Origin: a virus
DNA length: 64,000 nucleotides
Virus record (IMG/VR): IMGVR_UViG_3300017728_000002
Location: 21,482-85,481 of that record
Strand: one strand, 5' to 3'
Within the stretch, counting starts at the first letter, position 1. Each line of letters starts with the position of its first letter. The translations under genes and the position numbers were made by a program. Below are positions 19,375-29,745 of this stretch, piece after piece. The notes beneath the pieces were generated by a model. The model made no database searches and was not told where the DNA came from. It worked only from the letters and a program-made list of their open reading frames with translations.

Positions 19375-19813
19375 ACAACGTTATGGTGCAAAGGACATGT
19401 ACCAGGCGTTTGTAAAGAAGAACCCAGACACAGACATTACTTACCCTTTGTATCGAACGATACTAGAGAAGTTCAATGTCAAAGTAGCCGACCGCATCTT
19501 AGATGGAGAGGTGTTTAACCTCGGTCATAGGCTTGGCATCATCTTCATTAAGAAGATTCGTAGAGCGCCTAAAAGCAAGGTGATCAATTGGAACGAGACT
19601 CACTTGATGTGGGAAGAGCAAGGAGAGAAGAAAGGCTTTGTCTACTATACAGATGATTTCTACTTCCGGTGGAATTGGGAGAAGCGTAAGGCTCAAGTCA
19701 AGAACAAGTCAGTGTACAAGTTTCAGCCTACAGGAGGGAAGATTGGATTGAAGAAAAAATTGGTGGAACGCTTAAGAAGCAACCCGTTTGCCGCAACCAA
19801 CTACGCGTCATGA
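19352..19813 (+). CDS. IHF/HU-like DNA-binding protein (crAss tail-module IHF)
   Basis: FNVKVADRILDGEVFNLGHRLGIIFIKK...INWNET...YFRWNW...YKFQPT; conserved position before the tubular protein. Confidence 0.75.
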   Translation: MGKLKLNEQRYGAKDMYQAFVKKNPDTDITYPLYRTILEKFNVKVADRILDGEVFNLGHRLGIIFIKKIRRAPKSKVINWNETHLMWEEQGEKKGFVYYTDDFYFRWNWEKRKAQVKNKSVYKFQPTGGKIGLKKKLVERLRSNPFAATNYAS

Positions 19814-20592
19814 ACTACCTACACATCTCTTCTAAAGCTGTCATTGCTAAGGTCTTCCGTGATCTTAAACCAGGAGACTCTTCCTGGACAATGGATGCAA
19901 TAGAATGGCTGGGAGAGGCTTTAGATTTTATTGGGTTCCACGGAGTCTTTGATCATAAGGCTGCAGCACTTACAGTTAAGGATCACAAGACCGCTTTGCC
20001 CTGTGACCTATATCAACTCATTCAAGTGGCGCATAATGGATGCGCTTTGGTATACGGCACTGATACCACTGGTTATACTGCAGATCATCGCGTTGCGTCT
20101 CCCGGAAATTCTGGTGGTCCTGTATATACTTCAGCAGTAGGCACTACAGTACCTACGGACGATCACAGCTCACCGGCTTTTACTTTAAAGTTTACCAAAG
20201 ACCGAGGTACGTCAAACGATTATTACCTCCTAAACGGAGGCAACCTGGTAACCAGCTTTGAGGAAGGTGAGGTTACTCTGTATTACACTGCATACCTCAC
20301 CGATACCGATGGGTTCCCTTTGGTCCCTGACAACATTTACGTAAAGCAAGCACTAGAATGGTACATCATTCGACAGATGATGATGGGAGGCTTTGTCCAT
20401 CCTGTATTCAATTGGGAAGTAGCCGATACCAAGTGGGGTCACTACTGTGTAGCTGCTCAAAACGACCTGAGTTTCCCGAGCATAGACAAGATGGAGACGA
20501 TGAAGAACATGTTTGTTCGGATGGTGCCAAACATCAATCGTCACTCAGATTTCTTTATTGGGAATGAATCACAGGAGCGCCTGAAGAGATGA
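19810..20592 (+). CDS. Tail tubular/ring protein (P22 gp4-like)
   Basis: DAIEWLGEALDFIG, ALPCDLY, TSFEEGEVTLYY, DGFPLVPDN..VKQALEWYI. Confidence 0.8.
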   Translation: MNYLHISSKAVIAKVFRDLKPGDSSWTMDAIEWLGEALDFIGFHGVFDHKAAALTVKDHKTALPCDLYQLIQVAHNGCALVYGTDTTGYTADHRVASPGNSGGPVYTSAVGTTVPTDDHSSPAFTLKFTKDRGTSNDYYLLNGGNLVTSFEEGEVTLYYTAYLTDTDGFPLVPDNIYVKQALEWYIIRQMMMGGFVHPVFNWEVADTKWGHYCVAAQNDLSFPSIDKMETMKNMFVRMVPNINRHSDFFIGNESQERLKR

Positions 20593-23500
20593 AGTTTTAC
20601 AAGGGCCTCCGTACTGATACTGCTCATGTAGATCAGCCGCAAGACAGTTACCGACGCGCACGTAACATCTTGCTAGACCACACTACGATGAGTGTGCGCA
20701 CTGAAGGTGCTTTAAGTAATGTGCCAGCTTTAGACCAGGCATACAACTTAGGACAAGACACCAACACCAACACGCTGTGTGGTCTAATCAGTTTGCCTCA
20801 AGATCGTCAGCTTGCCATTATTCATGATGAGACATCAGGCAATCATGACCTGGTGATGGTAACCACTGACGACTACGCCTTGATTCAAACCGTGTCAGGT
20901 TATAGCTGGAGCGGTGCCAACCCCATTAAAGGCGTTGCATATGAAGATGCTCGTGGTGATGTCATTGCTGTTTGGACAGATGGAGTTAACCGTCCGGTAT
21001 ACTCAAACCTAAACGCATCTGCCGTACAGGTTTATGACTTGTTTCCAACTGCCAACTTTCCCAACGCTATATCCCTCCCAACGGCTGGAGATCTGACAGG
21101 TACAATACCTAACGGAACGTATAGCTTCTTCATCGCTTATGAGGTAGACCTAGACAACATCACTACGTTTTCTCCTAGCTATGGCGTCTACAAGATTGGC
21201 CATGGCAGAGACAACAAAGACATTAACACCACCATAGGACTTCGCTTTCAAGGGCTCGATACCAGCTATTCTAACTATCGCATCTATGCCATTCATGAAC
21301 GCAATGGCGTGCGCAATGGTTACTACTTAGCAAAGCAGTCTACAAATGAGTCGGAGTTTAAATGGCATGGCGAAATCTTGTCTACAGATGTCAGCATTGA
21401 TCAGCTTACGATCCCGCCTGGGTGGTATACTAAAGCTGAAACTTTAGCTGCACTAGATGACCGCCTGTACTTAGCGGGTTTAGAACGTACCGACACATTT
21501 GACGGTCAGTCTATTGCCGATGCTATTACCATGCATTGGACCATTGACGGACAGCATCGCTATGATGGTGCCCCTCAATATGACCATGCGTGGAACAAGC
21601 AGTGGGGGTTGGCATTTCCTAACTTCCTAGTATCTGAAATTGACAAGCAGCGCAGTGTGTCCAGTCCCGAACATTACGGCACGGCAATGGGGTTTATGCC
21701 TGGTTGTGCCTATGCTTTTTACATTGCTTTTCTCCTCAAAGACGGCACGTGGAGCGAAGGGTATCCTATTTCTGCGGGTGCAAGTAATGCAGATCCTACC
21801 CTAGACTTGAGTCAAAATCCAGATACCATTTCTGACTCTAGCGTCTATTTAAATGGAGCTTTAGGTAGCCAGAGTAATGGGGCAGGCAGTTACTTGCATG
21901 TTATGCCTTCAGTGGAACAAGTGCATGATGCTTGGGACCATTACGCAGGAGATTCAAACGCGTGGGCTGCAGCTAACATTGGTATTGCAGGACGAAACGT
22001 AAGCATTCCGAGTGATGTCCAAGATTTAATTCAAGGGTACAGCTTCTTTTATGCTAAGCCCAATGCCAATACTCGCAATGTATTGGCTTATACCATGCTT
22101 GGTGATGTAGTGGATTCTGCAGTTTCTTACGATGTATATCTAGAAGCCAATAAGCCTACGTTCAATAGCGGAAAGCTTACGTGTGTGTACAGGGGTAACA
22201 ATGGGTACTATAGTCCTACAGTTAATCAGACCACCTATGACATTGATCAAGTAGAATACCTTCCGGGTAATGCTGCAGGAGTGGAAAATGACAATGACAA
22301 TCGAGAAAACCGGCATTTCTTTTCTACAGACCCTGTGTTTAATGACAATACAGGTTTTAGTTCGTCTGTATTTGGGAGTGGTCAAGAAGGAAGCGAATTG
22401 AAATTTGGAACTACTCCGAATGAAAAATGGACAGGGTATCCTTCTATGGCTTCTGCTGGTACCTCGTTTGAGAATGGGTATTGGAAAGTTTCTCAAACAC
22501 CCGCCAATTGGTATGATAACCTAGAGCAGCAGGAGCTTGTTGCATGCAGTCATATAGAGCGGTCTTTTACCTCGAGTCAAGGTCGTATTAGCTGGGGAGG
22601 GGATTGCGTAATTACTCCAAACAGGTATCGTGTATTGTCTATAACTGGAACGGCTGCTAACTCTCTTTCACCTGCTACCGGCGTTATTAAAAAAGCTTAC
22701 TTCACATATAGCTACGCGCTTCAAGAGTTTGAGGATTTAACAGATCCCAATATTTTGTTAGAGCAACAGCAGTTGCTGTATGAAACAGAATCGACTTTAA
22801 ACTATGCAGGATCTCCAGAGATCATGAACCCTGCACAAATACCAGGGCATATCTACAAGAAGAACGTAGATAAAAGTGCTTTTGCTACCACTAACGATAC
22901 TCCAGTTAGTCAGTTTCCAAACCGCGTCACACGCAGTGCTAAGCAGAACTACGAATCCAACGCAATACAATGGCGCACGTTTGCTGTAGCAGACTACTAT
23001 GACAACGCGCTGAATAAAGGGCCGATTAAAAACATCGAGTCTTATGCCGGAGAGCTTATCATCCACCACACTGACGGTCTATTTAAAACCACAGGTAAAG
23101 AGACCTTGGATACCTCTGCTGCTTCAGTCTTTGTAGGAAGTGGAGACATCTTTCGCACAGCACCGACAGATATACTTCCTACCGAAGAAGGTTATGCTGG
23201 ACTGGCTAAACACTCTGACGCTATGCTCACCAAGGGTGGCTATGTCTTTGTAGATGCAGTAGCCGGTAAGGTCTTTAAGCTTGACAGTCAGCTAAGCGAC
23301 TTAAGCGCTAAAGGCATGCGCAAGTACTTTAGAGAGTCGTTCTCAATTGACCTTAACTCTACACATAGCCCTTTTACTCTAAACGGCTATGCCATCGGCT
23401 ATGATCCAGTGTTTGATCGCGTGATCCTTACATGCTTACAGGGTAGTACAGACTTTCAAACCATTAGCTACAGCATCTTGCATGATTGCTGGGCTTCTCA

Positions 23501-24026
23501 CCACACTTATAACATGCAAGCGTACGCCACCAACCGAACGAGCGTAATCGGATGGACAGGGGCTAGGTTCTCTACTATCAACGTAGGAGACAATCAAGCA
23601 GGCGCTTACATCGAGCCTATTTTCAATCAAGGCGGGACTACATCTAAGATCTTTCAATCCTTTCAATGGACTACGCGTAGTACCGAAGGCGAAGGCGATT
23701 GGAATGCGAGTACGTTTGATCAAGCTATTGTATACAATGATCGTGGCTTTAGTGGGGTCAAAGAGCTCAACGACAACATAAGGTGGGTAGAGGAGGGCTG
23801 GAACTTTAATGATTTTAGAAATCTTGTTCCTGATGCAAACCAAGGAGATCCCTTCTTTGATCAAGCTGGAAATGTTATAGCAACAATAGATATAAACAAG
23901 CCTTGGTACTCGCAACAGCGCATTCGTGGTGGGTATGCGGGTATACGTTTAATCGTTTTGCCAAGTGCAGGAACTACCTTATATTTAATTGAGGCACTAG
24001 CAAAGGTTAGAACTTCATACAGGTAA
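20589..24026 (+). CDS. Tail stabilisation/muzzle protein (P22 gp10-like)
   Basis: 1145 aa; FYKGLRTD...SYRRARNI, VWTDGVNRP, GYVFVDAVAGKVF, GYDPVFDRVILT, WASHHTY, C-terminal RIRGGYAGIRL. Confidence 0.85.
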   Translation: MKFYKGLRTDTAHVDQPQDSYRRARNILLDHTTMSVRTEGALSNVPALDQAYNLGQDTNTNTLCGLISLPQDRQLAIIHDETSGNHDLVMVTTDDYALIQTVSGYSWSGANPIKGVAYEDARGDVIAVWTDGVNRPVYSNLNASAVQVYDLFPTANFPNAISLPTAGDLTGTIPNGTYSFFIAYEVDLDNITTFSPSYGVYKIGHGRDNKDINTTIGLRFQGLDTSYSNYRIYAIHERNGVRNGYYLAKQSTNESEFKWHGEILSTDVSIDQLTIPPGWYTKAETLAALDDRLYLAGLERTDTFDGQSIADAITMHWTIDGQHRYDGAPQYDHAWNKQWGLAFPNFLVSEIDKQRSVSSPEHYGTAMGFMPGCAYAFYIAFLLKDGTWSEGYPISAGASNADPTLDLSQNPDTISDSSVYLNGALGSQSNGAGSYLHVMPSVEQVHDAWDHYAGDSNAWAAANIGIAGRNVSIPSDVQDLIQGYSFFYAKPNANTRNVLAYTMLGDVVDSAVSYDVYLEANKPTFNSGKLTCVYRGNNGYYSPTVNQTTYDIDQVEYLPGNAAGVENDNDNRENRHFFSTDPVFNDNTGFSSSVFGSGQEGSELKFGTTPNEKWTGYPSMASAGTSFENGYWKVSQTPANWYDNLEQQELVACSHIERSFTSSQGRISWGGDCVITPNRYRVLSITGTAANSLSPATGVIKKAYFTYSYALQEFEDLTDPNILLEQQQLLYETESTLNYAGSPEIMNPAQIPGHIYKKNVDKSAFATTNDTPVSQFPNRVTRSAKQNYESNAIQWRTFAVADYYDNALNKGPIKNIESYAGELIIHHTDGLFKTTGKETLDTSAASVFVGSGDIFRTAPTDILPTEEGYAGLAKHSDAMLTKGGYVFVDAVAGKVFKLDSQLSDLSAKGMRKYFRESFSIDLNSTHSPFTLNGYAIGYDPVFDRVILTCLQGSTDFQTISYSILHDCWASHHTYNMQAYATNRTSVIGWTGARFSTINVGDNQAGAYIEPIFNQGGTTSKIFQSFQWTTRSTEGEGDWNASTFDQAIVYNDRGFSGVKELNDNIRWVEEGWNFNDFRNLVPDANQGDPFFDQAGNVIATIDINKPWYSQQRIRGGYAGIRLIVLPSAGTTLYLIEALAKVRTSYR

Positions 24027-24040
24027 TATAAATTACAAGT

Positions 24041-24187
24041 ATGGGTCGACCCAATCCTCGGCACGGTAGGGGACGTGGTAGGTTAAAAGCTAAGCCACAA
24101 AAGTCCAAGCGTGTCAAACAGCAAATCAACAGCAGTACAGAACTCACTGTAACTCCATGGTTTCCTGAAGATGAGGAAGAAGATTAA
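24041..24187 (+). CDS. Possible small protein (48 aa) with basic N-terminus and acidic C-terminus
   Basis: MGRPNPRHGRGRGRLKAKPQKSKRVKQQINSSTELTVTPWFPEDEEED*; fills the gap after an AT-rich leader. Confidence 0.4.
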   Translation: MGRPNPRHGRGRGRLKAKPQKSKRVKQQINSSTELTVTPWFPEDEEED

Positions 24188-25919
24188 AAAGATGAACGCT
24201 GGGGGCATTCCTCCAGGGTTTAATCCCGACGCATTGTTTTCATATCTGCAAGGTCAAATGGGGACTGGAGGGTCTGGTATGGGTCAGCTAATGCCAGAGC
24301 TGCAACAGCAGAATGAGTTTGATCAAGCTGCAACTCGCCTAAACCAGCTAGAAAAAGCTAAGCAAGGCATTATGACTGGTAAGCAGTTGGTACAAACTGC
24401 GCGTGGAATTAAGAAAGGAGCAGACCTAGCTTCTGCGAGTAAAACTTCTGCAGACCTATTAGGCAAGCTTGGGCAAGGAACCACTACAGCTGCTTTGCCT
24501 ACGGCAGCTACTGAAGTTGCCAAGCAAGGGATTCAGAATGGAGGGCTGGCATCTTTTCTAAAAACAGGTGCAGGAGGTTTTGCTTCTGCAGGTCTTGGTA
24601 TTGGCGGTAAGCTTATTCAAGAGATTGACAAGAAAGATGGCAACTATAGTACAGCTGGAGCTATGGGTGGTGGCGCTATGCAAGGTGCTGCTATGGGGGC
24701 AGCTCTTGGACCATTAGGTATGATTGCCGGTGGTGCTATTGGTGCAGGTGTAGGGTACATGCAAAAGGGTAAGTTTGAAGCCAATGCGCGTGCGGAAGAG
24801 TTGACTAAGAAAACAGATTTAGCGCGTGAGTCTGCACAAAAACAACTGGCAGGTCGTGCTATCCTTAAGACTTTTCCTGTAGAAGGAATCAAGAATCAGA
24901 TCTACGCTAAGGGAGGAGAGACTGACCCTAAAAACCCCAGTACACGGGGCATCATAAATGCTCAAAACTTCTTAAGACAGCAAGGCGTTGAAATGCCGGC
25001 AGATGGCAAATGGAGTGATGAGTGGGAACAAGCATACACTGACTACCTAGATGCGTCAGACAGTTCAATGTTTGAACCAATGGATGATCAAAATGCTACA
25101 AACACCAAGGAATTTGGTCGTGTTCTTCCATTGAATGCATCTATGCTGGTCCAAGATGTATTTGACAATCAGCTTGAAAAGCTTACTGGATACGACCGAC
25201 GAAAAGCTCCTGGTGCTCCAGCTTACACTAAAGCGGAAAAAGAGGCAATGGATGCTATTGTCCAACGCAATCTAGAAAAAGGCAAGTACCACATTGAATA
25301 TGGTGATTACAACACTGGAACTACTTACGGAGATGTAGGTGGCGGTAGCTCTACCATAGATGTTGCAAAAAAATCTTACAGCGATGCCTACAACCTAAAA
25401 ACTACGTTTGGGCAAGCTATGATTGGAGAGATTCCAGCATGGAATGATCGTCCGGCTGATACCATGGTGTACGATACTTACGACTTTAACAATGCCCAAG
25501 ACAAGCCATTAACAGACTTTTCTGGATGGAAAAGCGTAGGTGGTGCGTTGCTTACCGGAAACTTGTATGGAGCTGCTAGAGCTTTGGGTACTGAGTTTGG
25601 TAGTAAGGATGGAAAAGGTCGCACCAACACTATGATTACCAATCGTGCGCATGGAGGACCAACGCATCCAACAGTTCAGACTTCGCCTGACTATATCGCA
25701 GAGGGTGGGGAGATGATTCAGCATGCTCCTGGAGACCTTCCAGCAACAGACAGAAACGGCAGCGTTAAGCCTATTACAGAAACCATCGCTCGTATTGAAG
25801 GCGACAAGCACATTGCCAAAAGCGGTGGCGTGGGTATGTCAGGAGACAAACCTGCACGAATCTATTCTGATCAGTTGCACGTGCCAGCTGATGTTTTGAA
25901 ACAACTAATGAAACTCTAA
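24171..25919 (+). CDS. Virion cargo (ejection) protein with glycine-zipper TM hairpin and PG-binding-like insert
   Basis: AGAMGGGAMQGAAMGAALGPLGMIAGGAIGAGVG; C-terminal AEGGE...GDKH..GGV...IYSDQL motif of crAss cargo proteins. Confidence 0.7.
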   Translation: MRKKIKKMNAGGIPPGFNPDALFSYLQGQMGTGGSGMGQLMPELQQQNEFDQAATRLNQLEKAKQGIMTGKQLVQTARGIKKGADLASASKTSADLLGKLGQGTTTAALPTAATEVAKQGIQNGGLASFLKTGAGGFASAGLGIGGKLIQEIDKKDGNYSTAGAMGGGAMQGAAMGAALGPLGMIAGGAIGAGVGYMQKGKFEANARAEELTKKTDLARESAQKQLAGRAILKTFPVEGIKNQIYAKGGETDPKNPSTRGIINAQNFLRQQGVEMPADGKWSDEWEQAYTDYLDASDSSMFEPMDDQNATNTKEFGRVLPLNASMLVQDVFDNQLEKLTGYDRRKAPGAPAYTKAEKEAMDAIVQRNLEKGKYHIEYGDYNTGTTYGDVGGGSSTIDVAKKSYSDAYNLKTTFGQAMIGEIPAWNDRPADTMVYDTYDFNNAQDKPLTDFSGWKSVGGALLTGNLYGAARALGTEFGSKDGKGRTNTMITNRAHGGPTHPTVQTSPDYIAEGGEMIQHAPGDLPATDRNGSVKPITETIARIEGDKHIAKSGGVGMSGDKPARIYSDQLHVPADVLKQLMKL

Positions 25920-27520
25920 TGGGTAAGAAGACTTACGCAGCTGTAATGGACGACATGTCCAAAAAGCTCAATTCTTATGAGAAGCGATTGGCTGATGCTA
26001 AACGGCGCGGAGATATGGTGGGTATCCAAGACTTTGGTCGTCGGGTAGAACGGATGAATGCAGGTATTAATACTCTGTTCCAAACTCAAGAATCCAATAA
26101 GCCTGCAATGGGTCATGGTGGTAAAACCCATTATGCTGAGGGTGGTGTGGTTGGAGTTGATGGGATGGTCCATATCGGAGGAGTTGATGGTCCTGTTGCG
26201 TATGACAATACAGGACAACCTGTTATGGCTGGTAACAATGCTCCAGGCACAGCTTGGGACAGTCCTATGTTGTTGTTTGACGAAGCGGGTACACCTATGG
26301 CTGATGTTGTTGTAGGTCCAGAAAACACGAGCTCTACTATTGGTCAAGCTGCAACAACTCGAGAAGAGTATGATGCGCTTATGGCCAATGCTCAAGCTAG
26401 AGAAGCTGCTGCTGCTCAATCTCAATCACAGCTAAGTGCGCCTACCAGTCCTATAGGTCCGCCAAACTTGACAGTCACTCCAGACCCTAGAAGAGTTCCG
26501 GTAGGGCAACAGCTTCCGCGTGAACGTCCTATGGTAGGGTCAAGCTTGCAAGAGTTTAACAATGCAATGAATTCTCAGGTTATGTCTGGAGGTGTGGATG
26601 AAACCGCAGCACCAAATGTGCAAAGGTTTGGTCCGTTAGATGGGACGCAGTACCCACCGCATAACCCAGTCAACACTCCAGCTGCATCAAGTACATCAAG
26701 TACAGCTGGAGCGGCTGTTGCCTCTGCGCCACAACCTGCACAACCTGCACAACCTGCACAGTCAATGCAGCCATTGCAGGCAAGACAAGCGGTTCAACCA
26801 AGTAGTGGTGTGATGAACCCTGGAGCTAATCCTAACGCTACCATTAAAACAGCGTCAGATCCAGCGGCTGTAGGTGCTACAAGTCCACCTACTCAAGGAC
26901 AACCGCAAGGAGGTATGCAGGACTTCTTGAATATGCTTGCTCCAGAGCCTAATAAGCTTGCTCAATACGGACAGTACTTGCCTGATCTGTATTCAATGTA
27001 TCAGATGAATCAAACGCAAGGTCCAATTAATATGCCCTCTCAAACGATGGCTCGGCAGAACACAGACTTGAATTACAATTCAGTCTATGCTGGGGCTCGT
27101 CAAAACGTAGCTGCTCAAGAAGCATCGTTGGATAGAAACATTTCCAACCCTGTAGTTCGAGCAGCTATGAAGCGTTCTGCACGGAATCAACAGCAACAGC
27201 AGATGGGTCAAACCATGACCAATGAAATAAACCAAGAGCGTCAACTACAAAATCAGTACGCTCAGTCTATTGCAAACAACCAGAATGTCAATCGGCAGAT
27301 TGCTACTCAGAACCAACAGCGTCAACTTGATTTTGCCAATGAGCGTAAGGCAGCCAATGCCAGCTTAGCGCAAGGGCTTGGTACTAAAATGTCCCAGCAA
27401 TACGGAGAAAATCAAAACAGAAATTTAGATCTGCAAAAAATGGGCATATCTGCTTTACAGTACGACGGTGACTTGATGCAACGCATGCAACAGAACCTAA
27501 CCAACATCTTCAACTTATGA
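25919..27520 (+). CDS. Virion cargo protein (Gln/Pro-rich, coiled-coil C-terminus)
   Basis: KTYAAVM...LFQTQE N-terminus, xxGG motifs, low-complexity middle, Q/N-rich tail. Confidence 0.65.
   Translation: MGKKTYAAVMDDMSKKLNSYEKRLADAKRRGDMVGIQDFGRRVERMNAGINTLFQTQESNKPAMGHGGKTHYAEGGVVGVDGMVHIGGVDGPVAYDNTGQPVMAGNNAPGTAWDSPMLLFDEAGTPMADVVVGPENTSSTIGQAATTREEYDALMANAQAREAAAAQSQSQLSAPTSPIGPPNLTVTPDPRRVPVGQQLPRERPMVGSSLQEFNNAMNSQVMSGGVDETAAPNVQRFGPLDGTQYPPHNPVNTPAASSTSSTAGAAVASAPQPAQPAQPAQSMQPLQARQAVQPSSGVMNPGANPNATIKTASDPAAVGATSPPTQGQPQGGMQDFLNMLAPEPNKLAQYGQYLPDLYSMYQMNQTQGPINMPSQTMARQNTDLNYNSVYAGARQNVAAQEASLDRNISNPVVRAAMKRSARNQQQQQMGQTMTNEINQERQLQNQYAQSIANNQNVNRQIATQNQQRQLDFANERKAANASLAQGLGTKMSQQYGENQNRNLDLQKMGISALQYDGDLMQRMQQNLTNIFNL
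26731..26760 (+). repeat. 9-bp tandem repeat (ACAACCTGC)x3 encoding QPA
   Basis: Read directly from the sequence. Confidence 0.85.
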
Positions 27521-29706
27521 GCATTTTTGACAAGTTCAAGGTCAACCCTTACATCAGTACGTATGCAGGGGCTCCTATTGGTGAGTTTAATCAGACGGCT
27601 GGCACGTTGCAACAACGTATGCTGTCTAACATCTCTAAAAGCAATGAGATTGAGCTGGCTATGGATCGATTACAGGCCAGTGGAGTAGATGAAGAGTTTA
27701 AGCGTCAGAAGATAGCGGAGTATGAAAAGCAGATTGATGAGATATCTGAAGCTCCAGAGTATGCTACTCAAAAAGTAATGGCTCTGGCACAGCGGTCTCA
27801 GATGGATGAGGACTTTAAGTTGATGGAAGCCAACGCAAAGCAAAAAGCAGCCATTGAAGCTGAAATGGCAGAAATGGATGTAACCGATCCACAGCGCTAC
27901 AAGTACCAACAACTGCTTGACAGCTACGAACAAGTTGATGAAGACGGAAAAGCAGGTGCTGCTGCAGGTCGCAAGTTTGGCTCAATCAATTTCTATGAAG
28001 AGCAAGTTCTGGGAGACTTGGTCGATGAGCGCGTAGATGGAATTCAAGCCATGAAAAGTGGATTTGCTACGATTCAAGATGATGGTACAATCCGTACAGA
28101 CAAGGGTGAGATTATTACTCAAGAACGCGTTATGCAAAGTGCCATGGGAGTACTCTCAGACGAGGCTGTAAAACGGCAAGTATCTGATGAAGTGGCTTTC
28201 CGTATGCGCGATCAGCTAGAAGGGCTTAGTCCGCAGGCCAAGCAACAAGCAATTGCTGCAGCTATGCCTCAATACTTCTTTGATCAATACGTCCAAGGAG
28301 CCATATCTAAGTATGCTCGAAAAGACCACATGTTTGATCTTAAAGGAGGGCGTAAAGAATTGGCAAAAGGATACAGCACTTCTGCAACAGGTGCTCCTAT
28401 GTACAGCTACGATTCTCAAGCTGTGGTGCAGAATCGATTAACGGATAAGGTCACAGATGCCAGGTCTTTTCTTGAAGAAGCTCTTGCTGTAGAAGAGCGT
28501 ATGAATACACCGTCTATAGAGTACGCTTCTCATACAGATGTAGTAGCCGATGAAAACTATAAAGCGCAGCTCAACACTATTTATGATGAAATGATAGAAA
28601 CGACTAAGGGGCTTTCTGGTCAATCTAAAAATGTCATGAGAAAGTTGTTTAGTGGGCCTGAGGGTTATCAAAAGTTGTATGATATGCAACGACAAGCCGG
28701 AAACGGTGCTCTTAGACAATTAACTCCAGAGGAAGCAGAAAGTGTTGATGCATTTAATCCTTTAGGCGCGATGAAGATGGCAACTGTAGAATTAGAGGGC
28801 GGTCCTCAAGGATACGGTTTAGATGCTATATACAAGGATATTAAGGCAGCGTATGCCGACGAATTCACTGAAAAACAAATGGCAAATGCTACAAAAGAAA
28901 TATACCGATGGAGTAGGGGTACTTGGTTGGGAGAAGACATGTCTAACCTAATTAAAAAAGGAGCAGGAGATGTCGCAATTGACTCTAAATATGTTACCCT
29001 GCCAGCCGAGCTTAATAAAGAATTGAATTTAGACGAATCTGCGCAAACCATATTTAATCAGTTTATAGCGGGCGACTTGGAAGGTGCTGTTTTACAGCAA
29101 GATATGGATTCAGGGCGTATGGTTCCAGTGACTAAAGACGACATGAGCACATATGACATGGGTTCTATGAAAGTGACAGGTTTAAACAAAACAGGAGCCC
29201 CAGGAACAATTCAAATCAGCATTAATGAACACGCTGATACAGGTACAGGTCCTCAAAAAACAATGCTTGTGAATTTGAATCAGTTCAATACTGACTTGTC
29301 TGCAAAAATGGCCAATCAGTTTAAGAAGGAGTCAATGAACAAGGGAGAAAACCAACAGCTCTTTAGCACCTTGGCATTTAATTTTGGGGAGCAAGAGCTG
29401 TTTACTAGCGCTCAAAAAGCTGTTAATGATGTTGGATCTAGTAAAGAGCCAATTCCAATTGCAGGCAAAGAAGTTCAAGCTCAGTACGCAACGGCATTAG
29501 GAACTAGTGCTTTGTACTTGATGTACGACCAGCCAAAGGGTGAATATTATGTAAGAAAAGAAAACGGAGAAATAATTGGCACTGTGGGCAACCGAAAGTT
29601 TAATCATAAAGATCATGCCATTTCTCATATGATTACAAAGGCTGGTGAAGCTTTGAATCCTAAGCCTAAAGGCAGGCAGAACAAAACCATAGTACCTAAA
29701 ACCTGA
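27517..29706 (+). CDS. Virion cargo protein
   Basis: N-terminal NPYISTYAGAP motif followed by long helices; lies between cargo genes and RNAP. Confidence 0.65.
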   Translation: MSIFDKFKVNPYISTYAGAPIGEFNQTAGTLQQRMLSNISKSNEIELAMDRLQASGVDEEFKRQKIAEYEKQIDEISEAPEYATQKVMALAQRSQMDEDFKLMEANAKQKAAIEAEMAEMDVTDPQRYKYQQLLDSYEQVDEDGKAGAAAGRKFGSINFYEEQVLGDLVDERVDGIQAMKSGFATIQDDGTIRTDKGEIITQERVMQSAMGVLSDEAVKRQVSDEVAFRMRDQLEGLSPQAKQQAIAAAMPQYFFDQYVQGAISKYARKDHMFDLKGGRKELAKGYSTSATGAPMYSYDSQAVVQNRLTDKVTDARSFLEEALAVEERMNTPSIEYASHTDVVADENYKAQLNTIYDEMIETTKGLSGQSKNVMRKLFSGPEGYQKLYDMQRQAGNGALRQLTPEEAESVDAFNPLGAMKMATVELEGGPQGYGLDAIYKDIKAAYADEFTEKQMANATKEIYRWSRGTWLGEDMSNLIKKGAGDVAIDSKYVTLPAELNKELNLDESAQTIFNQFIAGDLEGAVLQQDMDSGRMVPVTKDDMSTYDMGSMKVTGLNKTGAPGTIQISINEHADTGTGPQKTMLVNLNQFNTDLSAKMANQFKKESMNKGENQQLFSTLAFNFGEQELFTSAQKAVNDVGSSKEPIPIAGKEVQAQYATALGTSALYLMYDQPKGEYYVRKENGEIIGTVGNRKFNHKDHAISHMITKAGEALNPKPKGRQNKTIVPKT

Positions 29707-29745
29707 CCACTCTCTACCACCGGTCAATTCAGAAAAACTCTCTAC
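29704..29745 (+). promoter_or_regulatory. Leader element: hairpin with ACTCTCTAC loop + ATTCAGAAAAACTCTCTAC abutting the ATG
   Basis: TGACC-actctctaccacc-GGTCA, then an 18-nt core identical to 45930-45947 on the - strand. Confidence 0.7.
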
